A stretch of 64,000 bases of DNA from Eledone cirrhosa (taxonomy: Eukaryota). Position numbers and translations under genes: made by a program. Each line of letters starts with the position of its first letter. Positions within the stretch are counted from its first letter, which is position 1. The notes beneath the pieces are model-generated. The model did no database searches. It was given only the letters and a program-made list of their open reading frames with translations, and was not told the DNA's origin. The DNA lies in contig OZ024756.1 in assembly GCA_964016885.1 (NCBI GenBank), positions 30,442,001 to 30,506,000 of the forward strand, written 5' to 3'. Below are positions 1 to 13,415 of the stretch, one piece after another.

Positions 1-513
1 AGAGAAGTATTCTGTTATTTCACAATCATTCTCAGTATAATCAACAACGATATTTCGAAACTCAATTATATGAGAGAAATCACACAGAGAAGAGACAAAC
101 AAAACCACAAGGAAAAAGAGAATCTACGAACAACAACTAAGATATATTATATAAACGAAAAACCATAATAATATAAACAAATCAAACGAACACAAAATGG
201 CGATGCTTTCAGAACAAAATGGAAGCGAAGACATTTTCTACAGTATAGCAATTAGACATAATTAAATATAGCAGATTGTGCTAAATTTTTTTCATTAAGA
301 AATCTGTATTAAAAACGTGCATATTCATTTCTTGCTAGGAGATTTGTGTAGGAAAAAAAACAACAGAAAGAGAACAAAAAAATCTCGATTTATATTTATT
401 TAATTATTTTATTATTTGCATATTTTCTTTATCGTTTTCGTCGTTGTATGGTTTTGTTTTTACATTCAAATACAGAGAAAGCTATCTCATGCATAGTATG
501 ATTGTTACATACG

Positions 514-624
<111 letters not shown>

Positions 625-754
625 TTTTCACTCTCTCTCTCGCTCTTTTTCTCTACCTCCTAACCCTATATGCAGGAATCTATGTGTCTATGATGAATGT
701 ATGTATATATGTATGCAAGTATGTATATATGTATGTATGTATTTTTGTATTTAT

Positions 755-818
<64 letters not shown>

Positions 819-829
819 ATATATATATG

Positions 830-862
<33 letters not shown>

Positions 863-924
863 GTTATGAAATACTGTTAGCTTCTCGCTAAAACAATTTC
901 TATTCCTTTCATTTATATATATAT

Positions 925-983
<59 letters not shown>

Positions 984-1262
984 GTGTGTGTGTGTGTGTG
1001 TTTGTATGTATGTATACACCGGGATGAGTATCTAAGATGTGTGTTTGTTTCCTTGTATGCATGTAAGTATATAGGTATGTGTGTATGTGTGTACGTATAT
1101 ATGTATGTATGCATGTATGCATCTGCCTATCTATTTATCGTTCTCTCTTTCTACATAACTCTCTGCATGTCTTTATATGTCTCTCAATCTCAATATATAC
1201 TATATGCGGCGTGCATAAGTGTGATTATACACTGTGTAAATGTATGTATTTATGTACATGTG

Positions 1263-1319
<57 letters not shown>

Positions 1320-1435
1320 ACTGATTGCCATCTACCGGGAACTTCGGCAAAAAGAAAGATATATTAAAAAATATATCTGTACTATATCATATTAAAATAA
1401 ATATATAATATAAATTCATACATATTTCTTTTCCC

Positions 1436-1518
1436 CCGGACGTAAATTCGTGTTTCCGGACTTGCATCATTGAAAAAAATAAATACAAGGATATACGTGT
1501 GATATTCTTCATCAGCGG
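1436..1518 (-). ncRNA. Degenerate hammerhead-like motif
   Basis: Minus: CCG-CUGAUGA...GAAAC-ACGAAUUUAC-GUC-CGG; stem I only 3 bp and stem II weak. Confidence 0.45.
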
Positions 1519-1780
1519 CAAAGAATCGTTCGAGACTTCTCTTGAATGAATACAACGCACCGAAACAGGAAAGGAAATATCGGAAAGAAAAAAATCCAAC
1601 CGGAATTTCGATCAATCCTCTGTTTGACTAGCCGGCCATAGATTTAGAGATTTAGTAGATATTTTAATACTGATTGAAATAATTTCAGATTTTCAGGTGT
1701 AGTGAGATTAAAACACTTAGATGAAAAACTCGCTGATAAATTTCAATAAAAGCACCAGTCACTCTTGAGTCTCACTACAT

Positions 1781-1915
<135 letters not shown>

Positions 1916-2011
1916 GCTTACATATATATGTATATACCTATATATATATATTGTATATATATATACATATTTATATATATGTACATATATATATTTATAT
2001 GTTATATATAT

Positions 2012-2197
2012 TGGTAAAAGGAAAAGTAAATGCTGACAATTTGTTCCCAGTGAAGAATAGTTTAATTAGGAATAAGTAAAAATTAGTAATAGTATTAGTT
2101 AGTATTCAGTTTTGATTTTAAGTTTTACCGGTTGCACATTTCTAATGCTTTTAAAAAATAATTTTGAGATAGAGCGCCCGTGATGTTTGCTCTAATC
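2012..2197 (+). repeat. ~185-bp TA-bounded dispersed repeat; second copy at 36157-36341
   Basis: Shared ttcccagtgaagaatagtttaattaggaataag...ttttgagatag...gtgatgtttgctctaat. Confidence 0.75.
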
Positions 2198-2221
2198 TCT
2201 ATTATATATATATATATATAT

Positions 2222-2419
2222 AACGAAGGAAATGTGGTAAGGAACCAGGTGGACCATAACGCACCAAAGTACTCAATACTTAGCGTAGTAGAGTCGGTAA
2301 TAGGAACGAGTAGGACCCCGACGGCTGAGCTAAAGCCGTTTCGACGGCTAATCTGGACTCATTTGTTCAGAATTAGCCGTCGATACGGCTTGAGCCCAGC
2401 CGTCGGGGTCCTACTCGTT

Positions 2420-2422
<3 letters not shown>
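2222..2422 (-). mobile_element. TA-bounded hairpin-plus-tail insert (probable PLE pLTR remnant)
   Basis: ~50-bp inverted arms across 2300-2422 plus an ~80-bp tail. Homologous to 56167-56360 in opposite orientation. Confidence 0.65.
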
Positions 2423-2489
<67 letters not shown>

Positions 2490-2552
2490 TATGTATATAC
2501 ATATATATATATATATAATATATATACACATATTTATATATATGTATATATA

Positions 2553-2585
<33 letters not shown>

Positions 2586-2738
2586 AGTGAGTATATTGTT
2601 GTATGTATGTGTGTAAATACACACCAGGTTTCTAATAAGAAAGAAGCGTTAATGGATGTTATCTATCCGAGCCATCATGTCACTGATTACCTTACACAAA
2701 TTGCACGAGAAATGATATGACAATGTATATATATATAT

Positions 2739-3022
<284 letters not shown>

Positions 3023-3151
3023 GTATCTATATACATATATATATGTATGTATGTATGTATCTATATACATATATACATATATAATATATATTTATATATT
3101 ATATATATTATATATATATATATTATATATATTATATATATTATATATATA

Positions 3152-3195
<44 letters not shown>

Positions 3196-3245
3196 AAAAA
3201 AGGAAATAAACATATTTTTCTTCCTCATAATCGTCTCTTTCTCCG

Positions 3246-3298
<53 letters not shown>

Positions 3299-3383
3299 CA
3301 TGTATACATACATAGAAATAAAGAGATGGAATCAGAAATAGAACACAGTCTCATATACAACAAGAGCGAGAGTGAGAATGAAT

Positions 3384-3490
<107 letters not shown>

Positions 3491-3600
3491 GATGTAGTTG
3501 AAAGGTAAGCTTGAAATGTTAATGTAAGACGTTTTTATATAAACACAGTAAAGTAAATATTTAAACCCAAGCCATAACAAATAACCCTAAAACAAGCAAA

Positions 3601-3674
<74 letters not shown>

Positions 3675-3677
<3 letters not shown>

Positions 3678-3900
3678 GTTTCTTATATAGGCACAAGGCC
3701 AGCAATTTTGGGGAGGGGAAAATCGATTAAATCGACCCCAGTGCATTACTGGTACTTTATTTTATTGACCTCGTAAGGATGAAAGGCAAAGTTAACCACG
3801 ACGGGATTTGAACTCAGACCGTAAAAGGTCGTAACTGTTTGCTGCAAAGCATGGCATCCGACCCTCTACCGACACTGCCAATCCACTGACAATCAACCGC
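3675..3900 (-). mobile_element. SINE copy (long-tail variant); further minus-strand copies at ~5230, 7827, 9532, 12408, 39790, 39990, 44897, 45250, 52170, 52380, 53500, 58010, 60150, 61545, 61750, 62022, 62240
   Basis: Reverse complement of the A box/B box/body consensus seen at 45795-46635. Confidence 0.85.
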
Positions 3901-3904
3901 CTCC

Positions 3905-3977
<73 letters not shown>

Positions 3978-3991
3978 GCAACAACAACAGC

Positions 3992-4027
<36 letters not shown>

Positions 4028-4030
4028 AAT

Positions 4031-4631
4031 GGAGTGTAAATACCTATCCCAGACTCACTATAAAGGCTGAAGACATTATGTAATAGGCAGGGTGGTCTAC
4101 TGGCACCTACGTAAAGTAATCAATTTACCACGTTCGGAGAAGTGTTATGAGCATAAGCCAGAGTCGGTGATAGAAAACGATCAGGTGAAGGTGCTGTGGG
4201 ATTTTAGGATACAGACGGACAAGAAATTAGATAACAATAGGCCTGACCTGGTGGTTTTAGACAAGGGAAAAAGATCGTGCCTGATTGTAGATGTAGCCTG
4301 CCCATTTGACACGAGAGTGCAAGAAAAGGAGAGGGAGAAAATTAACCGATACCAGGACTTAAAGTGGGTGGTAAAAAGGATTTGGAACTGCCATGAAGTC
4401 AAAGTGGTCCTGATTGTCATATGCGCACTAGGTACTATCTCAAAAGATTTCCAGGGATGGTTAAAGAAAATTGTCCCCGCCACGTTTTTTGGAACGCTTC
4501 AAAGGGCATGCTTGCTGGGAACAGCAAGAACCCTCCGATACCTCCTGAATATCTGGGGCTGCAGGTAGTGGCTTGATATTCACTTCAACAAACTTTCCAG
4601 TTAACTAACATCAATGACTGAGACTCAGAGA
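4031..4631 (+). mobile_element. R4/Dong-clade non-LTR retrotransposon 3' fragment (restriction-like endonuclease) in (TAA)n
   Basis: RH...VYWHL...YEHKPESVIEND...LWDF.IQTD...NRPDLVV...IVDVACPFD...EKINRYQDL...ALGTI...LQRACLLGTARTL: PD-(D/E)xK RLE motif; TAA repeats on both flanks. Confidence 0.85.
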
Positions 4632-4633
4632 AC

Positions 4634-4666
<33 letters not shown>

Positions 4667-5118
4667 TATTATTATGGTGATAATACATAATACATGATGA
4701 TACTAAATAATAATACTATTAAAAAACATGACAAAACTGATACTACAGCATAAAATTGTAATCAAGCAAAGGCATGAGTGTTTTTTATATTTTGAAAAAA
4801 AAAAATATATATATATACGAAAATATATATTAAAAAAAGATTTTAGTAAGTAAACATACATGATATACAGAAAAATAAAAGCATATAAGTATAGTTGAAA
4901 TGAAAAAATAATGAAACACAAATAATACAAAAAATATCGAATTAAAGTAAAATATAAATAAAATTTCCTAATAAAATATAAACACACATATACAGAAAAA
5001 TAAACTATAATAATAATGAGAATGAGTATGGTGATGATGATGGTGAGGTTCAGGAGATTGGTGATGAGGATGATGATGAGGATGATGATGTAGATGATAA
5101 TAGCAACAACAACAACAA

Positions 5119-5233
<115 letters not shown>

Positions 5234-5355
5234 TGTTTCTACTTTTGGCACAAGGCCAGCAATTACCCAGTGCATTACTGGTACTTTATTTTATCGACCC
5301 GGAAGGATGGAAGGCTAAGTCAACCAATAATAATATTAATAATAATAACAACAAC

Positions 5356-5414
<59 letters not shown>

Positions 5415-5425
5415 TAATAATAATT

Positions 5426-5800
5426 AAAAGATCGTGCCTGATTGTGGATGTGGCCTGCCCGTTCGACACGAGAGTGCAAGAGAAGGAGAGGGAGAAAATT
5501 AACCGATACCAGGACCTAAAGTGGGAGGTGAAAAGGATTTGGAACTGCCATGAAGTCAAAGTGATCCCGATTGTCATAGGCGCACTGGGGACTATCTCCA
5601 AAGGTTTCCAGGGATGGTTAAAGAAAATCGGCCCCTTCACGCTTTTTGGAACGCTTCAAAAGGCATGCTTGCTTGGAACAGCAAGAACCCTCGCAAGAAC
5701 CCTCCGATACGTCCTGAATATCTGAGGCTGCAGGTAGTGGCTTGATATTCAATCCAACGGACTTTCCAGTTAACCAACATCAATGACTGAGATTCAAGGA
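5426..5800 (+). mobile_element. R4/Dong 3' fragment, second copy, in (TAA)n
   Basis: KRSCLIVDVACPFD...PIVIGALGTI...LLGTARTLARTL (12-bp internal duplication); same 3' UTR as 4570-4631. Confidence 0.85.
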
Positions 5801-6694
5801 ATAACAATAACAATAATAATAATAATAATAATAATAAAAACAATAATAATATGAAGGAGAACAGCACCAACAACAAAACCTTGTAGAAAAGGAACAAGAA
5901 GAAGAATGAAAGAAAGAAGAAGAAGAAGAAGAAGAAGAAGAAGAAGAAGAAGAAGAAGAAGAAGAAGAAGAAGAAGAAGAAGAATGAAAGGAATAAAAAG
6001 AAGAAGAATGAAAGATAAGAAGAAAAAGAAGAAGAATTAAAGATAAGCAGAAGAAGAAGAATGAGAAGAAGAAGAAGAAGAAGAAGAAGAAGAAGAAGAA
6101 GAAGAAGAAGAAGAAGAAGAAGAAGAAGAAGAAGAAGAAGAAGAAGAAGCAGAAGAATGAAAGATGAGAAGAAAAAGAAGAATTAAAGATAAGAAGAAGA
6201 AGAAGAAAAGAAAGTTGATAAAAATATGTAAAATAAATAATATATAAAATCAAAAATAAACAAACACAGAAAAAAGAAAAAAAAGGTGAAAAGCAAAAAC
6301 AACACAAAAAAAAAAATATCCGAATGGAGATGTATTTCCAATTATTTGGAAATTCCATTGAACTCCTTATCGTAATTAAATCTTATTGATCAGCGGTGTC
6401 ATTTCTACAGAGATTGCTAATACGGAACTAGATCGACAAGTAGAGCAACATGAGAACGTACAACAGCATCATAATCAACATCATCATCATTAGTATAAAC
6501 ATCGGCGTCAGAAGAGTCACCGTCATCGTGATCAACGTCGTCATCGGCGTAGTCGTCATCAATATCAACAACATTCATGACACATACACGTAGAACATAG
6601 ACGTAGAGTGACACATATATATATATATATATATATACATACATGCATGCATGTATGTATATATGCATGTATGTATGCATGTATGTATTAATGC

Positions 6695-6732
<38 letters not shown>

Positions 6733-6769
6733 TCTCTCTCTCACACACACATATATATATATATATGCA

Positions 6770-6834
<65 letters not shown>

Positions 6835-6862
6835 ATGTATATATATGTATATATGCATATAA

Positions 6863-6897
<35 letters not shown>

Positions 6898-6907
6898 TGT
6901 ATATATG

Positions 6908-7052
<145 letters not shown>

Positions 7053-7184
7053 ATATATGTATATGTATATGTATATATGTGTGTGTGTATGTGTGTCTGT
7101 GCATAAAATATACATAATTACGTGCACAGCGGTACGGTAAAAGAAACCAAGCAAATAGCAAAGAGAATGAATTTAAAAAATGCA

Positions 7185-7281
<97 letters not shown>

Positions 7282-7431
7282 CACACATATATGTATATAT
7301 ATATATATATATACACACAGTCATTTGAGTAGGATATATGATCAAAGTACGATAACTTTTATTTTATCTATTTATTCATCTAAGTATATTTTTGTTTGGT
7401 ATCTTTGATATTTTTTCAGCTATATATTTTG

Positions 7432-7469
7432 TTTCCTTCTGAATACTAAACCGAAAACATGTCGGAAAA
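7432..7469 (+). ncRNA. Decayed hammerhead-like motif
   Basis: TTTCC(TT) CTGAATA ctaaacc GAAA acat GTC GGAAA; core mutated and stem II lost; followed by CATATTAAGTACT. Confidence 0.3.
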
Positions 7470-7645
7470 TTTCAAACTTGACTCTGGCTGACATATTAAG
7501 TACTCCAACATACTATCGATGTTTAAGTTTTTTTCCTTTCTGCGTGACTGTCTGGTTTTTGTGAATTTTAGTTAATATCTGTACACACATGTATGCATAT
7601 AAATATTGTATATAAGTCTACATCTTATAAAAATACCCATTTTCC

Positions 7646-7683
<38 letters not shown>

Positions 7684-7711
7684 TTATATATCTATCTATC
7701 TATCTATCTAC

Positions 7712-7749
<38 letters not shown>

Positions 7750-7783
7750 CTATTCTCTCTCCCTCTATCTCTCTCTCTCTCTC

Positions 7784-7828
<45 letters not shown>

Positions 7829-8163
7829 ATTGTTTCTACTTTTGGCACAAGGCCAGCAATTATCCAGTGCATTACTGGTACTTTATTTTATCGACCCCGT
7901 AAGGATGAAAGGCAAAGTTAACCTCGGCGGGATTTGAACTCAAACCATAAAGGGGCGTAACTCTTTGCTGCAAAGCATAGCGTCAGACCCTCTACCGATA
8001 CTGCCAATCCACCGCCCTATATATATATAGTAATAATAATAAATTTGAAGACTAAAATCCAAAGATAAGGATAAATATATATCAAATATATAAGCACCGT
8101 AGAGCAAATACACACACACTCATACACACGCACACACACACACACACACACACGCACACACAC

Positions 8164-8291
<128 letters not shown>

Positions 8292-9063
8292 TCAAAAACT
8301 TGTTGAACTAAGTCATAATGTTTGGTCACTTGAGCTCCTATATATGGCAAGAAAACCTCCCTCGTACTACAACTTTCTGTTTTAAAACAGAAGCATATAT
8401 TTATGTAATTGAAACTCAGTTTAATAAAATCAAACAGTCATGACTACAATTCTTTCCTTCATACGTCTGAAATTGAACAATGGAATATTTAATTATGTTT
8501 CCCGTGCACCAAGAACGAGTTCATTTTATTTCAATCGGTGAGAGTAGCGGGCTTAAGTCTATTACTCAGTACAGTACAAATATCCTCAGATAGAGTTTTT
8601 CGTTGTTTAAAGCCAAATGGTTAAAGATAATTATTTATTTATAGATAACATCTATCAGCGCATAGTACAAAGGCAATGTTGCAGGGGATAAATTCACATT
8701 TAAGATGGGGATTGTCACGCTATAGCATCTGCCGATATTTCGTGAACAATTCCAATTACACTGGAGTTCAGGCAGCTAAGTTGAACTGTTTTAAACCTCT
8801 ACACAACCAACAATTGAAGACTTTGACAAATTCACGCGATTTCTTATTGGACCCATTTTGCATTTTTGTTTAAGTGAAGAAGCTTAAGACGAAATTGTCA
8901 CTTACCGAGTAACCTTTTCAATGTCATCTTAGCGTACACTTTAAATTGCCTTTACCCTTTTTTCTGATTTGCAATATCGTGTTGTGTTGATGTTGTTGCT
9001 ATTATTGTTGAAACTTTTATTATTATTATTATTATTATTATTATATTTGGTGGTGGTGGTGGT

Positions 9064-9095
<32 letters not shown>

Positions 9096-10216
9096 TTGTA
9101 GTAGTAGTAGTAATAGTAGTAGTAGTATGTGCTTGCTTTCGTAAAACACCTCTTTTATCGTTTTGGTTATGCTTTTTTTTTTTACGCATTCTTGGTAATA
9201 ATAGCTGTTTATTCAGAGCCCAACTTAATTTCCACACAAACATATCTTTTTATCTCATAGTTAAATTAGTATATAAAGGCACGTAACTCAGTGGTTAAGG
9301 TGTTCGGCTCATGATACGAAGATTATGATTTTGATTTCGAGCAGCGATGTTTGCCGTTGCGCAAGACATTTTACTTCGTTGCCAATCATAATAATAAAAC
9401 AGTTAATAATATAAATATAAATATAATTTCTCAAAGTTCTTTCGTCACACATTTTTCTGTAACATCTTCAGTGATTTCCTCCCGATACTTTATTTATTTT
9501 TCTATATGACTAACGTCGATGAAAGAGACAATAATTGTTTCTACTTTTGGCACAAGGCCAGCAATTATCCAGTGTATTACTGGTACTTTATTTTAACGAC
9601 CCCGTAAGGATGAAAGGCAAAGTTAACCTCGGCGGGATTTGAACTCAGATCATAAAGGGGCGTAACTCTATGCGTCAAAGCATGGCGTCCGACCCTCTAC
9701 CGATACTGCCAATCCACCGCCCGATGAAAGAGACAATAATGCCATGAAAGCATCAATGCTTTTAAAGGTTTTTGGGTCCGTATTTTATAGTTTCTATTAT
9801 AACCGAAGGCAGAGGATAATCCGCTCTGTATAAGCAAGTAAAATCGTATTAATCGAAAGCAATTTCTGTTTGAGATTAAGACCTTTGATAGGCCGAAGAG
9901 TGAATGCATTAGATATAAGAATTGACCACTACCAACAGTGAACAACTCATTAAACCTACCACACTTCACGGTTTGGCTGCTGATCTAAATAATGTAATCA
10001 ATATCATGAATAGTGGATGATTGCCGATAAATGGTGAGAGTCTTGCACCTGTATTGATTGACCTAGTCTAGACTTGGCCGTATATGCATGTATGTTTATA
10101 TGTATGTCTGTGTGTGTTTAAGTATGTATGTATGCATGTATGATTACAAGCATGTATGTGTATGTGATATATGTATATTTGAATATAAGCCTGTATGTAT
10201 GTATATATCTATATAT

Positions 10217-11136
10217 GGTCGGGTCGTTGGCGACTAAACTGGCAACCCCACCAAGGTTTCTTGGTGAGGAGGATGACTTTGGACATCCTGCAGGACTAAA
10301 AACAAAACCTGTCAAAGGGCAAAGGAGCTCTTAATAGTCAATGGCCATCCAAAATCACCGGGAGAGATGACCCCTTAGCCTTTGTCAAGGCAGAATTCTA
10401 GGAGAAGGAAAACTCTGATATAACACCTGCAACTCTGATGGTATCCAATGATGTTGACTTGTTCTTCTTTTTGGTAAATATCATCTTGGTTAAGAGAGTG
10501 GGACTGGCTTCGTGCAGTGCCTTTGCTCATTATAAAAGCTTCACGGCACAGGCATTGCTTTATATCTGGAGATCTCTCTGCACTTGTCATCACATGGTAC
10601 CAAGGGCCCAGCACTATGTGTCAATAATTGTCACAAGTGTAGTGTTTGTACCAGAGTTTTCAAGTCGCTGGCTGGACTCAAAGTCACACTCGTTCAGCGC
10701 ATTGGTAGGCGTTCTCCTACATGGATATAAAGTAGTGGCCGTACTCGAAAACGAGTTGGCAGCCACCATGTATGTATGTATGTATGTATGTATGTATGTA
10801 TGTATGTATGTATGTATGTATGTATGTATGTATGTATGTATGTACGTATGCCTTTGCTCACTCTAAAAGCTTCACGGCACAGGCATTGCTTTATATCTGG
10901 AGATCTCTCTGCACGTGTCGTCACATGGTACCATGGGCCCAGCACTATGTGTCAATAATTGTCACAGGTGTAGTGTTTGTACCAGAGTTTTCAAGTCGCT
11001 GGCTGGACTCAAAGTCACACTCGTTCAGCGCATTGGTAGGGGTTCTCCTACATGGATATAAAGTAGCGGCCGTACTCGAAAACGAGTTGGCAGCCACCAT
11101 GTATGTACGTAAGTATGTATGTATGTATGTATGTAT

Positions 11137-11140
<4 letters not shown>
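10217..11140 (+). mobile_element. Internally deleted RTE-clade LINE derivative with tandemly duplicated 3' end and (TATG)n tails
   Basis: 5' part has CTAGGAGAAGGAAAACTCTGA, recalled as RTE 5'-UTR-like. The 3' unit (10518-10768, repeated 10849-11098) encodes a frameshifted C2H2 finger CSVCTRVFKSLAGLK/SHTRSAH; each copy is followed by (TATG)n. Confidence 0.65.
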
Positions 11141-11170
<30 letters not shown>

Positions 11171-11848
11171 ACAATTTCGTGTCTACGTGGAAAAAACCTC
11201 TCTTATATAGGTTGTGGTTCCGTTCAACAAGTTTTCAGTTTTATTCAATAACACACTGAATAATAAATACCAAATTAAACAGCTTTCTCTTATTACTTTT
11301 CCCTGTATTTCCGTTTAGACGGTGATTCGAATAATTCCCAAATGATTAAAAAGAAAATATAATGTAACAATTCAAGCTTTTGGCAACTAAACCTGGTTTT
11401 AAAATAGAAGAAGGGAGAGATGGAGATAGCTAGAGAGAGAGAGAGGGGGTAGAGAGAGGGTGAGCGAGAGAGAGAGAGAGAAGAGCATGAATGGGAAAAT
11501 AACCGTTATTAAGTACAGCTAAACAAAGGATATTCTAAACGTAGGTTTTAATATAACCAGACGAGTGAAAAACTACAATCTGTGATGACACCTTAAGAAT
11601 GGCTGACTGGTTCTCTAAGAAAGACTAGGCAAGGGAAAGTTCTATAAAAATAATGGGTACTTGATAATATGAAAAGTAAAACTGAAGTGCCAAAAAAAAA
11701 AAAAAAAAAAAAATTAAACAAAGTTTGAAAACGGTATATTTTGCCGAAATATATTGTTTTGTAGATGACTAAATTGTTCAGTTAATAAGATTTTACACCG
11801 AAAGGCGTTCAATTATTATTTTCTCACTACATGTATGTATATATATAA

Positions 11849-11938
<90 letters not shown>

Positions 11939-11963
11939 ATATACATATATGTGGGTGTGATTT

Positions 11964-11994
<31 letters not shown>

Positions 11995-13087
11995 CTACGT
12001 GGGTGTGCTTGTGGGTGTGTATATAGATGTTTACATATGTATGTGTGTATGTGTATTTATGCGCATATATATATATATATATATAAATACACATACTCAA
12101 ACACACACCCCAAAAAAACATATGTATCTATGTATGTATATATGTGTGTGTGTGAACATGTTAAATCGTATCAAATGAAGGTTAGTCGTACGCACAAATA
12201 CAACACAAACATTGTAAAACAATTTATTTGGCGGAAAAGCCAAAGGGGGCCGGCACTATTGGGAGGAGATGTATTCTCTCTGAATGAGATAAGTCTTTCT
12301 CTAGTTATAGAGATAATTATTTCTACAACGATGTTCCGAACCACCTCAGGCAATCTCCATGACAACAAAAAATTACGTCGATATATTACTAGGATTTCTA
12401 CGAATAGTAATTGTTTCTGTATATAACACAAGGCCAGCAATTTAAAAAGAAGAGGAAAATCGATTAAATCAACTCCAGTGCATTACTGGTACTTTATTTT
12501 ATCGACCCCGTAAGAATAAATTGCAAAGATAATCTCGGTGGAAAGGGCGGTGGATTGGCAGTATCGGTAGAGCGTCAGACAGCATGCTTTACAGCATAGA
12601 GTTACGGCCCCTTATGATCTGAGTTGAAATCCCGCCGAGGTTAACTTTGCCGTTCATCCTTACGGGGTCGATAAAATAAAGCACCAGTAACGTACTGGGG
12701 TCAATTTAATCGACTTTCCCCTCCCCCAAAATTGCTGGTCTTGTGTCTATATAAGAAAAGTTAATCTCGGCGGGATTTGGATTCAAAGGTCTTGGTTAGA
12801 ATATTATTGATGACATATTTGCTTGATCAAGGCCCAATTTTAACTGAGCAATGACAACAACAACAGCAACAATATCAGCGAATACAACAACAGCAACGTA
12901 TGTTGCACGATGGTAGACCCGATAGAGATCTTCCACTTGATCTGAAGTGATCAGTACCCCACCCGTCTCAGATACTTTGCTCAAACCGTCCATGTTGTAG
13001 CGCATGAAGTGGAAGTTGTCGTGGATGGATATGTTTTGGGGAATGGTGCATGTCTGAACCATACTCCTCGGCCAACATTTTGAACAC

Positions 13088-13300
13088 TAACCCTGAACCT
13101 AAACATAACTCTAACCCTAACCCTAACCCTAACCCTAACCCTAACCCTAACCCCAACCCCAACCCTAACCCTAACCCCAACCCCAACCCCAACCCCAACC
13201 TTAACCCTAACCCTAACCCTAACCTCAACCCTAACCCTAACCCTAACCCCAACTCTAACCCTCACCCTAACCCTAACCCTGAACCTAAACATAACTCTAA
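13088..13300 (-). repeat. Interstitial telomeric-type (TTAGGG)n array
   Basis: About 30 TAACCC/CAACCC units bracketed by the direct repeat taaccctgaacctaaacataactctaa. Confidence 0.9.
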
Positions 13301-13344
13301 TTCTATCCCTAACTCACACTCATATACACTACACATACATAATT

Positions 13345-13415
13345 CTGGACGTGCGCACACACAAAACATTAAAAAAATAATATTACTGGGCACTGCGCAC
13401 ATATTAGAGCTCTGA
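13345..13415 (+). mobile_element. Very short R4/Dong-like 3' tip of a different family
   Basis: [14 protein letters not shown] resembles the LQ..LLGTA..L C-terminus of the Dong copies above. Confidence 0.45.

Noticed and set aside
193-203. CAAAATGGCG (YY1-like) motifs here and near 47346 and 53369
   Set aside because: Short motifs with no supporting promoter or gene context.
13088-13300. True chromosome end
   Set aside because: The array is short, degenerate and embedded in ordinary sequence on both sides.
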